From: Betaproteobacteria bacterium
Lineage (GTDB): Bacteria; Pseudomonadota; Gammaproteobacteria; Burkholderiales; Thiobacteraceae
DNA length: 64,000 nucleotides
Reading direction: 5' to 3'
Assembly: GCA_024641855.1 (NCBI GenBank)
Contig: JAHECG010000005.1
Coordinates: forward strand, 123 to 64,122
The notes under the pieces were generated by a model that made no database searches, had not been told where the DNA came from, and worked only from the letters and a program-made list of their open reading frames with translations. Positions 50,028 to 58,765 of this stretch are shown here, in pieces (position 1 is the stretch's first letter; every line of letters starts with the position of its first letter). Both the position numbers and the translations under genes were made by a program.

Positions 50028-50127
50028 AACCGCCAAGACGCCAAGAGCGCCAAGGAAAAACCAAATCCTACTTGATATGTGAGCTTTGCTTTTCTTGGCG
50101 TTCTTGGCGTCTTGGCGTCTTGGCGGT
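50028..50127. repeat. Palindromic intergenic element (CGCCAAGA-octamer family), copy 2
   Basis: The left arm is aaccgccaagacgccaagagcgccaagg. The right arm is cttggcgttcttggcgtcttggcgtcttggcggtt (four units). A core of about 38 nt separates them. The element starts 8 nt after the mutS stop. Confidence 0.9.
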
Positions 50128-50153
50128 TAATCGGTTTTAAAAGGATTTGATCC

Positions 50154-50531
50154 ATGCAAGGTAAGCGTTCACGCGTTTTATTATCATTGTTTTTCATCAC
50201 TGCTGGCGTCTTGCATTTTATTTTCCCAGAACACTACCTGAAGGTCATGCCGCCTTGGCTTCCGGCTCCTTTGACTTTGGTGTTTGTGAGTGGTGGATTC
50301 GAGATCGCGGGTGGCATCGGGGTGCTGCTGCTCCGCGTACGGCGTATGGCAGGCTATGGCTTGATCTTGTTGTCGCTGGCTGTGCTACCAGCGAATGCGC
50401 AAATGCTGCTGAACGAACATGCAGCAGGTACCGCGCTGATATGGCAGGGTTTGCTGGTGTTGCGCCTACCCTTGCAGTTGTTGCTGATGTATTGGATTTG
50501 GCGTGCAACGCAACCCATTCCAGAAGATTAG
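50154..50531 (+). CDS. DoxX-like small membrane protein
   Basis: 125 aa with four hydrophobic helices (LSLFFITAGVLHFIFPEHY...). Confidence 0.6.
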   Translation: MQGKRSRVLLSLFFITAGVLHFIFPEHYLKVMPPWLPAPLTLVFVSGGFEIAGGIGVLLLRVRRMAGYGLILLSLAVLPANAQMLLNEHAAGTALIWQGLLVLRLPLQLLLMYWIWRATQPIPED

Positions 50532-51451
50532 GGACAGGCTGTTTGATGGATGAAGTCAGTCGTGTCTTGCAGTGTCGGTGCGAGAAAACTTAAAGGCTGC
50601 GCCATGGCCAACATAATGCCGACATGCGCGACATCGGGATAGCTGATCACTTGCGCTTTGCCGCCATTTTCATTCACGGCGGCTGCCATGCGAAAGGTAT
50701 TGCCGGGCTTAACCGTGGTGTCAGCTGCGCCGGTTAGCAACAGCATCGATGGCATGCTGTGGCCGACATAAAAAATCGGTTGCGATGTAATCAGCGGATT
50801 CGCGGTTTTAAACACCTGCTGCACATCGGCATCGTTAATCGGTAAAAAATCATAAGGCCCGGCCAAGCCGATGAGGCCGCAGGGCGCGCGATCGCTGTCG
50901 ACTTGCTTACGTAGCTTGGGGTCGAGCGCCACAATCGCAGCCATATGCGCGCCAGCGGAATGGCCCATGATGAATATCCGTCGTGGGTTGCCGCCATAGG
51001 TTGCAATATTTGTTTCCACCCAGTGATAAGCCGCAGCCGTGTCCATGAGAAAGTCGCGCCAATCGACTTGCGGATACAGCCGATAATCCGGAATGACGGT
51101 CACGAATCCTTGTGCCGCCAAGCTATCGGCGACAAAACGATATTCATCTTTGTTGCCGAATTGCCAGCGGCCACCGTACATGAACAGCACCACGTCGGCA
51201 TTTCGCGTGGGGGTGCTGGGTACATAAACATCCAGCGTTTGGCGTGCATCCTTGCCATAGGCTTGGTTAGCGGTTTGTTGATAGTGGGAGCCGCTGGTCG
51301 CGCTCAATATACTGAGCGGCGAGCAAGCGCTGACCATTAACAAGGCAAGCAAGCTCAGGACGTTAAAAAGCCCCCGCTGCCACAAAGGGTGCGAGGGCTG
51401 TTTATTCAGGCTTTGCAACAGGTGCTTAGTGATGATGTCCGTGCTCGCCAT
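50528..51451 (-). CDS. Alpha/beta-hydrolase (esterase) lipoprotein
   Basis: Lipobox LLMVSAC and a nucleophile elbow GHSAGAH. Oxyanion-region MYGGRW. Confidence 0.75.
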   Translation of the reverse strand: MASTDIITKHLLQSLNKQPSHPLWQRGLFNVLSLLALLMVSACSPLSILSATSGSHYQQTANQAYGKDARQTLDVYVPSTPTRNADVVLFMYGGRWQFGNKDEYRFVADSLAAQGFVTVIPDYRLYPQVDWRDFLMDTAAAYHWVETNIATYGGNPRRIFIMGHSAGAHMAAIVALDPKLRKQVDSDRAPCGLIGLAGPYDFLPINDADVQQVFKTANPLITSQPIFYVGHSMPSMLLLTGAADTTVKPGNTFRMAAAVNENGGKAQVISYPDVAHVGIMLAMAQPLSFLAPTLQDTTDFIHQTACP

Positions 51452-51908
51452 GTACGTGGCCGTGGGAAACTTCCTCCTCGGAAGCAGGGCGTACTTCAGT
51501 CACCGTGCAGGTGAATTTGAGTGTCTGTCCGGCCAAGGGATGGTTGCCATCGACAACGATGGTATCGTCGGTCACTTCGGTTACGGTGTAGAGCAGCATA
51601 TCTTCGCCGTCGTCGGATTCGCCTTCAAACTGCATGCCGACTGCGACATCCGGCACCGGGAAGCGATCTTTAGGTTCGACGCGTACGAGTTCTGCATCGT
51701 ATTCGCCGAAGGCAAATTCAGGCTCCAGAATGACGGTCAGCGATTCGCCGACTTTTCTGCCTTGTAGTTGTTCTTCCACTGTGGGGAAAATGTTGTCATA
51801 GCCGCCATGCAGGTAGCTGATCGGTTCATCGGCCTGTTCCAGAACCTCACCCTCGGTGTTTGCCAGTTGATAGGTGATGGAAACAACGGAGTCTTTAGTG
51901 ATTTGCAT
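51426..51908 (-). CDS. slyD: FKBP-type peptidyl-prolyl isomerase SlyD with His-rich tail
   Basis: MQITKDSVVSITYQL... and a C-terminal HGHVHGEHGHHH. I prefer the ATG at 51908 over the track start at 51935. Confidence 0.88.
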   Translation of the reverse strand: MQITKDSVVSITYQLANTEGEVLEQADEPISYLHGGYDNIFPTVEEQLQGRKVGESLTVILEPEFAFGEYDAELVRVEPKDRFPVPDVAVGMQFEGESDDGEDMLLYTVTEVTDDTIVVDGNHPLAGQTLKFTCTVTEVRPASEEEVSHGHVHGEHGHHH

Positions 51909-51990
51909 TGAGAGGGCCTCAGATTTGATTCGCAATGATGGCGAAACGGGGTTTAGGAGGGGCCTGAGTTAGGCGTGCCAAGGCGCTATT

Positions 51991-52455
51991 CTACAATGCC
52001 TTGATCAATTTAAGCACTTCGGCAGCATGGCCCTTGGCGGTAATGCCATACAGCGCATGGCGCAGAATGCCGCTTTTATCGATAATGAAGGTGGAGCGCA
52101 CGATGCCCATTTTCTTCACGCCATCCTTTTCCTTCTCTTGCCAAACGCCGTATTTATTACATACCGTGCCTTCGGTATCGGCCAACAACCGTACTGCCAA
52201 TCCGTGTTTATCGCGGAATGCCGCATGGCTCATGCAGTCGTCGCGCGAAACGCCCAGTACGGCGGTTTTGAGCTTGATGAAATCCTCTTCCATATCGCTG
52301 AATTCAATCGCTTCCAGGGTGCAACCCGGGGTGTTGTCGCGCGGATAAAAATACAGCACGACGTGTTGCTTACCTTTGTAATCGGCGAGTTTAACGTTTT
52401 CCATCTCGGCATCGGGTAGGCTAAAAGCGGGTGCGGCATGATCAATTTGCAACAT
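51991..52455 (-). CDS. bcp: Thioredoxin-dependent peroxiredoxin Bcp
   Basis: MLQIDHAAPAFSLPD...YFYPRDNTPGCT. The ATG at 52455 has an AGGAG Shine-Dalgarno 7 nt upstream. The track start at 52533 is rejected. Confidence 0.9.
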   Translation of the reverse strand: MLQIDHAAPAFSLPDAEMENVKLADYKGKQHVVLYFYPRDNTPGCTLEAIEFSDMEEDFIKLKTAVLGVSRDDCMSHAAFRDKHGLAVRLLADTEGTVCNKYGVWQEKEKDGVKKMGIVRSTFIIDKSGILRHALYGITAKGHAAEVLKLIKAL

Positions 52456-52568
52456 AAATATCTCCTGAAACCATGGGCGGATTCTAACGCATTTACGCAT
52501 TCCTACAAGCGTCAAACGTTTACTTTTCAACAAGCGATTTACGTGCCATCAGCAGTTATAATTGCGGG

Positions 52569-53699
52569 ATGAAAATCGAAATTTTAAATGGCCTAACGGC
52601 GCGGCAGTTTTTAAGCGAATATTGGCAAAAAAAACCGCTATTGATTCGCGGTGCATTTCCCAACTTCCGTGATTTTGTCAGCGCTGAAATGTTGCAGGAC
52701 ATGGCGCAGCAAGACGCAGTGCAAGCGCGACTTGTCACCGATCGTGAGGGGCTATGGGAAGTTCAGAGTGCGCCTTTAACATCGAGTGACTTTCGGCGCT
52801 TGAAGGGGGTGCATTGGTCTCTGTTGGTGCAAGGCATCGACCAATTGTTGCCAGCAGGGCGCGCATTGTTGTCGCAATTTAATTTTATCCCGCATGCGCG
52901 GCTCGATGATCTCATGGTGAGTTATGCACCGCAAGGTGGCGGCATCGGGCCGCATTTTGATTCGTACGATGTGTTTCTATTGCAAGGGCAGGGTCATAAG
53001 CGCTGGCAAATTAGCGCCCAAGCTGATACGGAGTTGATTCCCGATGCGCCGTTGCGGATCTTGCGCAATTTTGTACCAGAGCAGGAGTGGGTTCTTGGCC
53101 CAGGCGATATGCTGTATTTGCCGCCGCGTTTTGCGCATTACGGCATCGCACTCGATCCTTGTTTGACGTATTCCATTGGTTTTCGTGCGGCGACCCATCA
53201 AGAGTTAGTGACGCAGTTCTTGGTTCATCTGCAAGACCGCATCGACGTGCCGGGACTGTATGCCGATCCCGATTTGAAACGCCAAAAACATCCAGCGGAA
53301 ATTTCATCGGATATGGTCGATAAGGTGGCCGCCGTGATTGAGCAGCTCAAATTCGGGCGCGATGATGTCGCACAGTTTTTGGGTATTTATCTGAGCGAAC
53401 CGAAGCCGCATGTTTTTTTCGACGCGCCGGTGCGGCCGATGTCATTCAGCAAATTTCAAGCGAGTGCGGCCAAACGTGGTGTGCGCTTGGCATTGCAATC
53501 GCAAATGCTGTTCAGCGGGACGAATTTATTCTTGAATGGCGAGCCGGTGAGCGTGACTGGCGCGACGCGCAAGGCCTTGATCACCTTGGCGGATCTACGT
53601 GTCTTACGTGGCCCGTTGACCCTGCCTGCGGGTGCTTGGGACTTGCTCTATGACTGGTATCAAGCGGGTTATCTTGGTTTGGGCCGCAGTGCAAAATGA
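52569..53699 (+). CDS. roxA: Cupin-4/JmjC ribosomal oxygenase (YcfD/RoxA-like 50S protein L16 arginine hydroxylase)
   Basis: 376 aa, collinear with E. coli YcfD (YWQKKPLLIRGAF, WSLLVQG, DDLMVSYAPQGGGIGPHFDSYDVFLLQGQG, LYLPPRFAHYG, YSIGFRA). Confidence 0.8.
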   Translation: MKIEILNGLTARQFLSEYWQKKPLLIRGAFPNFRDFVSAEMLQDMAQQDAVQARLVTDREGLWEVQSAPLTSSDFRRLKGVHWSLLVQGIDQLLPAGRALLSQFNFIPHARLDDLMVSYAPQGGGIGPHFDSYDVFLLQGQGHKRWQISAQADTELIPDAPLRILRNFVPEQEWVLGPGDMLYLPPRFAHYGIALDPCLTYSIGFRAATHQELVTQFLVHLQDRIDVPGLYADPDLKRQKHPAEISSDMVDKVAAVIEQLKFGRDDVAQFLGIYLSEPKPHVFFDAPVRPMSFSKFQASAAKRGVRLALQSQMLFSGTNLFLNGEPVSVTGATRKALITLADLRVLRGPLTLPAGAWDLLYDWYQAGYLGLGRSAK

Positions 53700-54187
53700 T
53701 GGATGCAGCACCCTTTTCGCAGCATTTCGCGAGTCTATCGGCGTACCAACAAGCGCTGGATCAAGTGCTTGAAGCAGCGCGCCATAGCTTGCAGCTCTTT
53801 GAATACGACTTGCATGAAGGGGGTTGGAATAGCCCGCAGCGAGAAGCGTTATTGAAACAATTCATCCTTCGCAGCACCGACAATCGCTTGCACATTGCCT
53901 TACATAGCGTCGATTTTGTGCGTCGTCATTGCCCGCGCCTGCTGAACTTGCAACGCCAATACAGCTATGCGGTGTTGATTCATGAGACCAATCCAGAAGC
54001 GCGCAGTATCAACGATCCAATCTTGATCGCAGATGGGCAGCACTACGTGCATCGTTTTCACTATGAACAAGCGCGTGGGGAATTAGTGCTGCACGACCCG
54101 GATCAAACTCATCGTTTGGTATTGCGTTTCGACGAAATTTGGCATGCTTCCAGCGTTGCGGTGACCGCGACTACTTTGGGGCTTTAA
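53696..54187 (+). CDS. Hypothetical protein (163 aa), translationally coupled to the roxA-like gene
   Basis: Its ATG overlaps the upstream stop (ATGA). I recognise no motif. Confidence 0.5.
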   Translation: MMDAAPFSQHFASLSAYQQALDQVLEAARHSLQLFEYDLHEGGWNSPQREALLKQFILRSTDNRLHIALHSVDFVRRHCPRLLNLQRQYSYAVLIHETNPEARSINDPILIADGQHYVHRFHYEQARGELVLHDPDQTHRLVLRFDEIWHASSVAVTATTLGL

Positions 54188-54202
54188 CACACGGACTTTC
54201 AA

Positions 54203-54278
54203 CGCAAAGGACGCGAAGGTTCGCAAAGGAAACCGAACGCAATCCTTTTTTCCTTTGCGAACCTTCGCGTCCTTTGCG
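54203..54278. repeat. Perfect 27-bp inverted repeat (CGCAAAGG/CGCGAAGG variant of the palindromic element family)
   Basis: cgcaaaggacgcgaaggttcgcaaagg (54203-54229) and cctttgcgaaccttcgcgtcctttgcg (54252-54278) are exact reverse complements. The loop is 22 nt. Confidence 0.9.
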
Positions 54279-54304
54279 GTTCAATCAGTTTTTAAGGTTA
54301 ATAC

Positions 54305-56509
54305 ATGGTCTTCGTAACGCAAGCTCTGGCCGATAGTGGCCCGGCATTCGATTCTGCCGCTTGGCTCGATGGCCTGCGCGATGCCTACGATGCGCCAGCG
54401 TTGGCGCTCATCTCCAAGGCCTTGGCGCTGGCAATGGTTGAGGCGCAATTTACCCAAGCCTTGGGCGTGGCGAATGTGTTGGTGGCTTTGCGCATGGATT
54501 ATCAAACCGTGGCGGCCGCCTTGGCCGCCCATGTACCACAGCACAGTCCCGAGCAGCGTGCCGCGTTGGAAGCACAATTGGGTGCGGAGGTGGCGCGATT
54601 GATTGATGGCGTCAACCGCATGGCCTTACTGCATAACGTCGGCATCGACGTCACCTTGGACGAAGGCAAGAAAGAGCACGTCAATCAAGCTGAGACGCTA
54701 CGCAAAATGCTGCTGGCGATGGCCGAGGATGTACGCGTCGTGCTGATTTTGCTGGCCGAACAAGTGCAATTGCTGCGCGCATTGGTCAAAGCCGATGACA
54801 CGCCGGAGCGCAAACGCGCTGCCCAAGAAGCGCAGGAAATTTTTGCGCCGTTGGCGAATCGCCTCGGCATCTGGCAAATCAAGTGGGAGTTGGAAGATTT
54901 TTCACTGCGTATCCGCGAACCGGCGCTGTATAAAAAAATGGCCAAGCTGTTGGATCAGCGGCGCGTCGACCGCGAAGATTATCTGGGACAAGTCACTGCG
55001 CAATTGCGCGACGAGCTAGACCGGGCTGGAGTCCAGGGTGAAGTCACCGGACGCCCCAAACACATCTATAGTATCTGGCGCAAAATGCAGTTGAAGCATC
55101 TGGACTTTGACCAGGTCTACGATGTGCGTGCGGTGCGCGTATTGGTGCGCGACCTAAAAGATTGCTATAGCGTGCTGGGTATGGTGCATGGTCTGTGGCA
55201 ACCGATTCCGGGCGAATTCGACGACTATATCTCCCACCCCAAGCCCAACGATTACCGTTCCCTGCATACTGCGGTGATCGGCCCCGAAGGCCGTGCCTTG
55301 GAAGTACAAATTCGCACGTTAGAGATGCACCAGCATGCGGAATTCGGCGTCGCCGCGCACTGGCGCTATAAAGAAGGAGCAAAAGCCGGTTCGGTTGGCC
55401 AAGGCTTCGACGAAAAAATCGCCTGGTTGCGGCAATTGTTGGCTTGGAAGGATGAGGTTGCCGAAGCGGGAGGCGATGGCCACGAGTGGGTGGAACAATT
55501 CAAGACCGAATTGTTTCAAGACCGGGTTTACGTCCTGACCCCGCAAGGCAAAGTGATTGACTTGCCGCAGGGTGCCACGCCGTTGGACTTCGCTTATGCC
55601 GTGCATACCGATCTCGGCCATCGCTGCCGTGGGGCTAAAATTGACGGCAGCATCGTACCGCTCACTTACAAACTTAAAAACGCCCAACGCATCGAAATCC
55701 TCACTACCAAACAAGGTGCGCCCAGCCGCGATTGGCTCACGCAGGGCTATTTAGCTACAAGTCGGGCACGTGCCAAAATCCGCCAATGGTTTAACCAACA
55801 GCATTTCGATACGGATTTAGCACAGGGGCGGGACATCCTGGAGCGCGAATTGCATCGCCTTGGGGTGACGAACCTTAACCAAGACAAGCTGTTGCAGAAA
55901 TTTCACTTCCCGCGCTTGGAAGAATTTCTCGCCGCACTCGGGCGGGGCGAAATTACCGCGAACCAAACTTCTCAGGCAATTCAGGGCTTAGCCGATCTCA
56001 AACCGAAAGAAGTGCTGCCGGTGTCGGTGCCGAAACGTGTCGCCAAAGGTTCTGGTGGTAAAGCGCATGGTGCCGTGGTGGTGGAAGGCGTAGGCAGTCT
56101 GACGGTCGGTTACGGTAAGTGCTGCAAACCAGTGCCGCCCGACCCCATCGTTGGTTATGTCACTCGCGGGCGCGGCGTGGTGGTGCATCGCCAAGATTGT
56201 GGCAACGTCACGCGGCTCTCCGAGGGCCAACGCGCGCGTCTGCTGCAAACCAGTTGGAATAGTGTGGCAGGCGGAGTGCATGCAGTGGCGATCCTGGTGC
56301 GCGCCGAAGACCGCCAGGGTCTGCTACGTGATATTTCCGGCGTTCTCAGTACGGAAAAGCTTAACGTGATCGGCGTCAAATCGGAAAGCGACTCCGGCAT
56401 GGCGGAGATGCGTTTCACTTTAGAAGTTAGAGACTTAGTGCAAATGAACCGCGTCTTGGCCGAGATTAAAAAGGTGGGTAGCGTGAAATCGGCGCGTCGC
56501 GTCGGTTGA
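54305..56509 (+). CDS. relA: GTP pyrophosphokinase RelA ((p)ppGpp synthetase I; degenerate hydrolase domain)
   Basis: 734 aa. It has the synthetase domain (GRPKHIYSIWRKMQ, DVRAVRVLV, YRSLHTAVIGPEG), TGS and ACT. I see no HD catalytic dyad in the N-terminal region. Confidence 0.9.
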   Translation: MVFVTQALADSGPAFDSAAWLDGLRDAYDAPALALISKALALAMVEAQFTQALGVANVLVALRMDYQTVAAALAAHVPQHSPEQRAALEAQLGAEVARLIDGVNRMALLHNVGIDVTLDEGKKEHVNQAETLRKMLLAMAEDVRVVLILLAEQVQLLRALVKADDTPERKRAAQEAQEIFAPLANRLGIWQIKWELEDFSLRIREPALYKKMAKLLDQRRVDREDYLGQVTAQLRDELDRAGVQGEVTGRPKHIYSIWRKMQLKHLDFDQVYDVRAVRVLVRDLKDCYSVLGMVHGLWQPIPGEFDDYISHPKPNDYRSLHTAVIGPEGRALEVQIRTLEMHQHAEFGVAAHWRYKEGAKAGSVGQGFDEKIAWLRQLLAWKDEVAEAGGDGHEWVEQFKTELFQDRVYVLTPQGKVIDLPQGATPLDFAYAVHTDLGHRCRGAKIDGSIVPLTYKLKNAQRIEILTTKQGAPSRDWLTQGYLATSRARAKIRQWFNQQHFDTDLAQGRDILERELHRLGVTNLNQDKLLQKFHFPRLEEFLAALGRGEITANQTSQAIQGLADLKPKEVLPVSVPKRVAKGSGGKAHGAVVVEGVGSLTVGYGKCCKPVPPDPIVGYVTRGRGVVVHRQDCGNVTRLSEGQRARLLQTSWNSVAGGVHAVAILVRAEDRQGLLRDISGVLSTEKLNVIGVKSESDSGMAEMRFTLEVRDLVQMNRVLAEIKKVGSVKSARRVG

Positions 56510-56523
56510 GTTTAAAAGCGGTT

Positions 56524-56634
56524 AACCGCCAAGACGCCAAGAAAAGCTAAAAATATCTTCGCAGAGGACTTGTGAGCTAAGTCTTTCATTGGTAAGACTT
56601 TGTCTTTCTTGGCGCTCTTGGCGTCTTGGCGGTT
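56524..56634. repeat. Palindromic intergenic element (CGCCAAGA-octamer family), copy 3
   Basis: The left arm is aaccgccaagacgccaagaaa. The right arm is cttggcgctcttggcgtcttggcggtt. A core of about 65 nt between them holds two small hairpins (gactt/aagtc and agtctt/aagact). Confidence 0.9.
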
Positions 56635-56702
56635 ATCAAGCTTTTCCCCGCATCTCTTCTATCCCCTGTGCTTGGCTACAAGTTTTCTCATGATCAAAGA
56701 CT

Positions 56703-56729
56703 TAAGTTATTCCCGGATTTCTCCGATAA
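56703..56729 (+). promoter_or_regulatory. Sigma28 (FliA)-type promoter upstream of fliC
   Basis: TAAGTTAT-N11-TCCGATAA (TAAG-N15-tCCGATAA) lies about 85 nt upstream of the fliC ATG. Confidence 0.6.
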
Positions 56730-56815
56730 GCAATTTGACAGCGGCGATATGGCCTCGATTGAAATCATCGGTTCCGGCGCGTAAGGCTGTCAGTAATGTG
56801 TAAAGGAGATTTAAA

Positions 56816-58705
56816 ATGCCAGCAATTATTAATACCAACGTTGCCTCGTTAAACGCACAACGTAACCTCGATACTTCCCAAAGCAGCTTGGCGACCGCCC
56901 TGCAACGCTTGTCCTCTGGTTTGCGCATTAACAGCGCCAAGGACGATGCAGCCGGCCTGTCGATTGTCGAGCGCTTCACGTCGCAGATTCGGGGTAATAG
57001 CCAAGCTGCACGTAACGCCAATGACGGCATCTCACTGGCGCAAACCGCCGAGGGCGATTTGGTGCAGATTGGTAACAACTTACAGCGTATTCGCGAACTA
57101 GCCGTACAGTCCGCCAACGCTACCAACAGCGCCTCTGACCGCGCCGCGTTGCAGTCTGAAGCTTCATTGCTGATTGCCGAGGTGGATCGTGTTGCATCCA
57201 ACTCGTCTTTCAACGGCGTTAAATTGCTGGATGGCACGTTTACCGCGCAGCAGTTCCAAGTCGGTGCGAACGCAACGTCAAACGACCGTATTACGGTGTC
57301 GTCGATTGCCAGCGCACGTACCACCTCCTTGGGCGGTGTTGGTTCGTCCTCATCTGCAACCACCACTGGTACTGCTACCACAGGCGCATTGGTTGCCGGT
57401 GATTTGACCTTGAATGGTCAACAAGTCGGTGCTTCCACCGCAGGTGCGGGTTTCGGTCAAAACGCCTCGAGTGCTTTTGCCATCGCGAATGCGATTAATG
57501 CCGTATCGGCTACTTCTGGCGTAAACGCTACGGCAAATGCCACGGTCGTGACCGGAAGTGCATCAACCGTATTTACCGCGATTGCCGCGAATACCTTTAG
57601 TATTAATGGCGTCACCGTTGGCGCGGTAGCGGCCGGCGGCAATGCGCAAGGTCAAGGCGCCAATCTGGCGGCTTCGATTAATGCAATTAGCTCGCAAAGT
57701 GGTGTTACCGCTTCGGCTAACGCCACCACCGGTGCTGTCACGTTGACCGCTGCCGATGGCCGCGATATCGGCATTAATTCGGCATCTGCAACTTCATACG
57801 CTACCTTGCTGACCCAAACCGGTTTGGCGCTAGCGAATGTAGGTATTCAGGGTACGACTGACGCGCTGGGTGCATTTTCCACTCTGACTTCATCTACTAC
57901 CACTGACAAAGTCTCTATTACTGTCGATGGGATTTCCTTGCAGGCTGCTACGACAGTTGGTGCTGGCGGCGTATTGGCAGCAACCATTGCCACGTCCGTG
58001 AATACCTTCTTAGGCGCTAACACGGGTTATAAGGCCATTTTGACCAGCACCGGTGCAGCTCTTGGGACTGGTGTTGCTGGCGCAGATGTCACAGCGGGTA
58101 TTTCGTTTGTTAAAGCCGATGGTACGGCCGTCAATGTCATTACGACCTTCACCGACTCTGCGGGTACTGCCGATCCTGCAGGTACGCCTGGAGGCGGATT
58201 TGCCAATGTTACTAAAGGTACCTTCACAACGCCTGTCAACAACACCGTTGCTGCGGGTACAGGGCAAATCGCTAATCACGGCACGGTTACCCTGAGCAGC
58301 ACCAGCGCAGCAGGTATCGTGATCGGTGGCGGAACCCCGTCCAAAGCAGGCTTGACCTTAGGCACCATTACCACGACCGTAACGGCAGGTTCATTATTGT
58401 CGGCAGTGGATATTTCCACGGTTTCGGGCGCGAACTCAGCGCTGGCTGCGATCGATGGCGCGTTGACCACGGTTAACTCCTCGCGTGCGAGTTTGGGTGC
58501 GGTGCAAAACCGGTTTGCTTCCACGGTTATTTCTTTGCAAACCACGGTCGAAAACTTGAGTGCGTCACGTAGCCGAATTCAAGATGCCGACTTTGCGCAA
58601 GAGACCGCAGCACTGTCCCGTTCGCAGATTCTGCAGCAAGCGGGTACGGCGATTTTGGCGCAAGCGAATGCAAGTGCCAACGGCGTGTTGTCGCTGTTAC
58701 GTTAA
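56816..58705 (+). CDS. fliC: Flagellin (large, 629 aa)
   Basis: Conserved N-terminus (MPAIINTNVASLNAQRNL...RLSSGLRINSAKDDAAG) and C-terminus (LGAVQNRF...SRIQDADFAQETAALSRSQILQQAG). The central region of about 400 aa is rich in Thr, Ala, Gly and Ser. Confidence 0.97.
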   Translation: MPAIINTNVASLNAQRNLDTSQSSLATALQRLSSGLRINSAKDDAAGLSIVERFTSQIRGNSQAARNANDGISLAQTAEGDLVQIGNNLQRIRELAVQSANATNSASDRAALQSEASLLIAEVDRVASNSSFNGVKLLDGTFTAQQFQVGANATSNDRITVSSIASARTTSLGGVGSSSSATTTGTATTGALVAGDLTLNGQQVGASTAGAGFGQNASSAFAIANAINAVSATSGVNATANATVVTGSASTVFTAIAANTFSINGVTVGAVAAGGNAQGQGANLAASINAISSQSGVTASANATTGAVTLTAADGRDIGINSASATSYATLLTQTGLALANVGIQGTTDALGAFSTLTSSTTTDKVSITVDGISLQAATTVGAGGVLAATIATSVNTFLGANTGYKAILTSTGAALGTGVAGADVTAGISFVKADGTAVNVITTFTDSAGTADPAGTPGGGFANVTKGTFTTPVNNTVAAGTGQIANHGTVTLSSTSAAGIVIGGGTPSKAGLTLGTITTTVTAGSLLSAVDISTVSGANSALAAIDGALTTVNSSRASLGAVQNRFASTVISLQTTVENLSASRSRIQDADFAQETAALSRSQILQQAGTAILAQANASANGVLSLLR

Positions 58706-58738
58706 ACGTAGTCGCAATTAGCGTTTAGTAGGATAGTG

Positions 58739-58765
58739 AGTGGGTGGCGAGTTTCGTCACCCACT
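58739..58765 (+). terminator. 12-bp hairpin after fliC (no T-tract)
   Basis: agtgggtggcga / tcgtcacccact with one G-U pair and a 3-nt loop. Confidence 0.35.

Noticed and set aside
50028-50127. Could the tandem 8-nt units be a CRISPR-like or other array?
   Set aside because: The units are only 8-9 nt, directly abutting with no spacers, and are arranged as inverted arms. This is not a CRISPR architecture.
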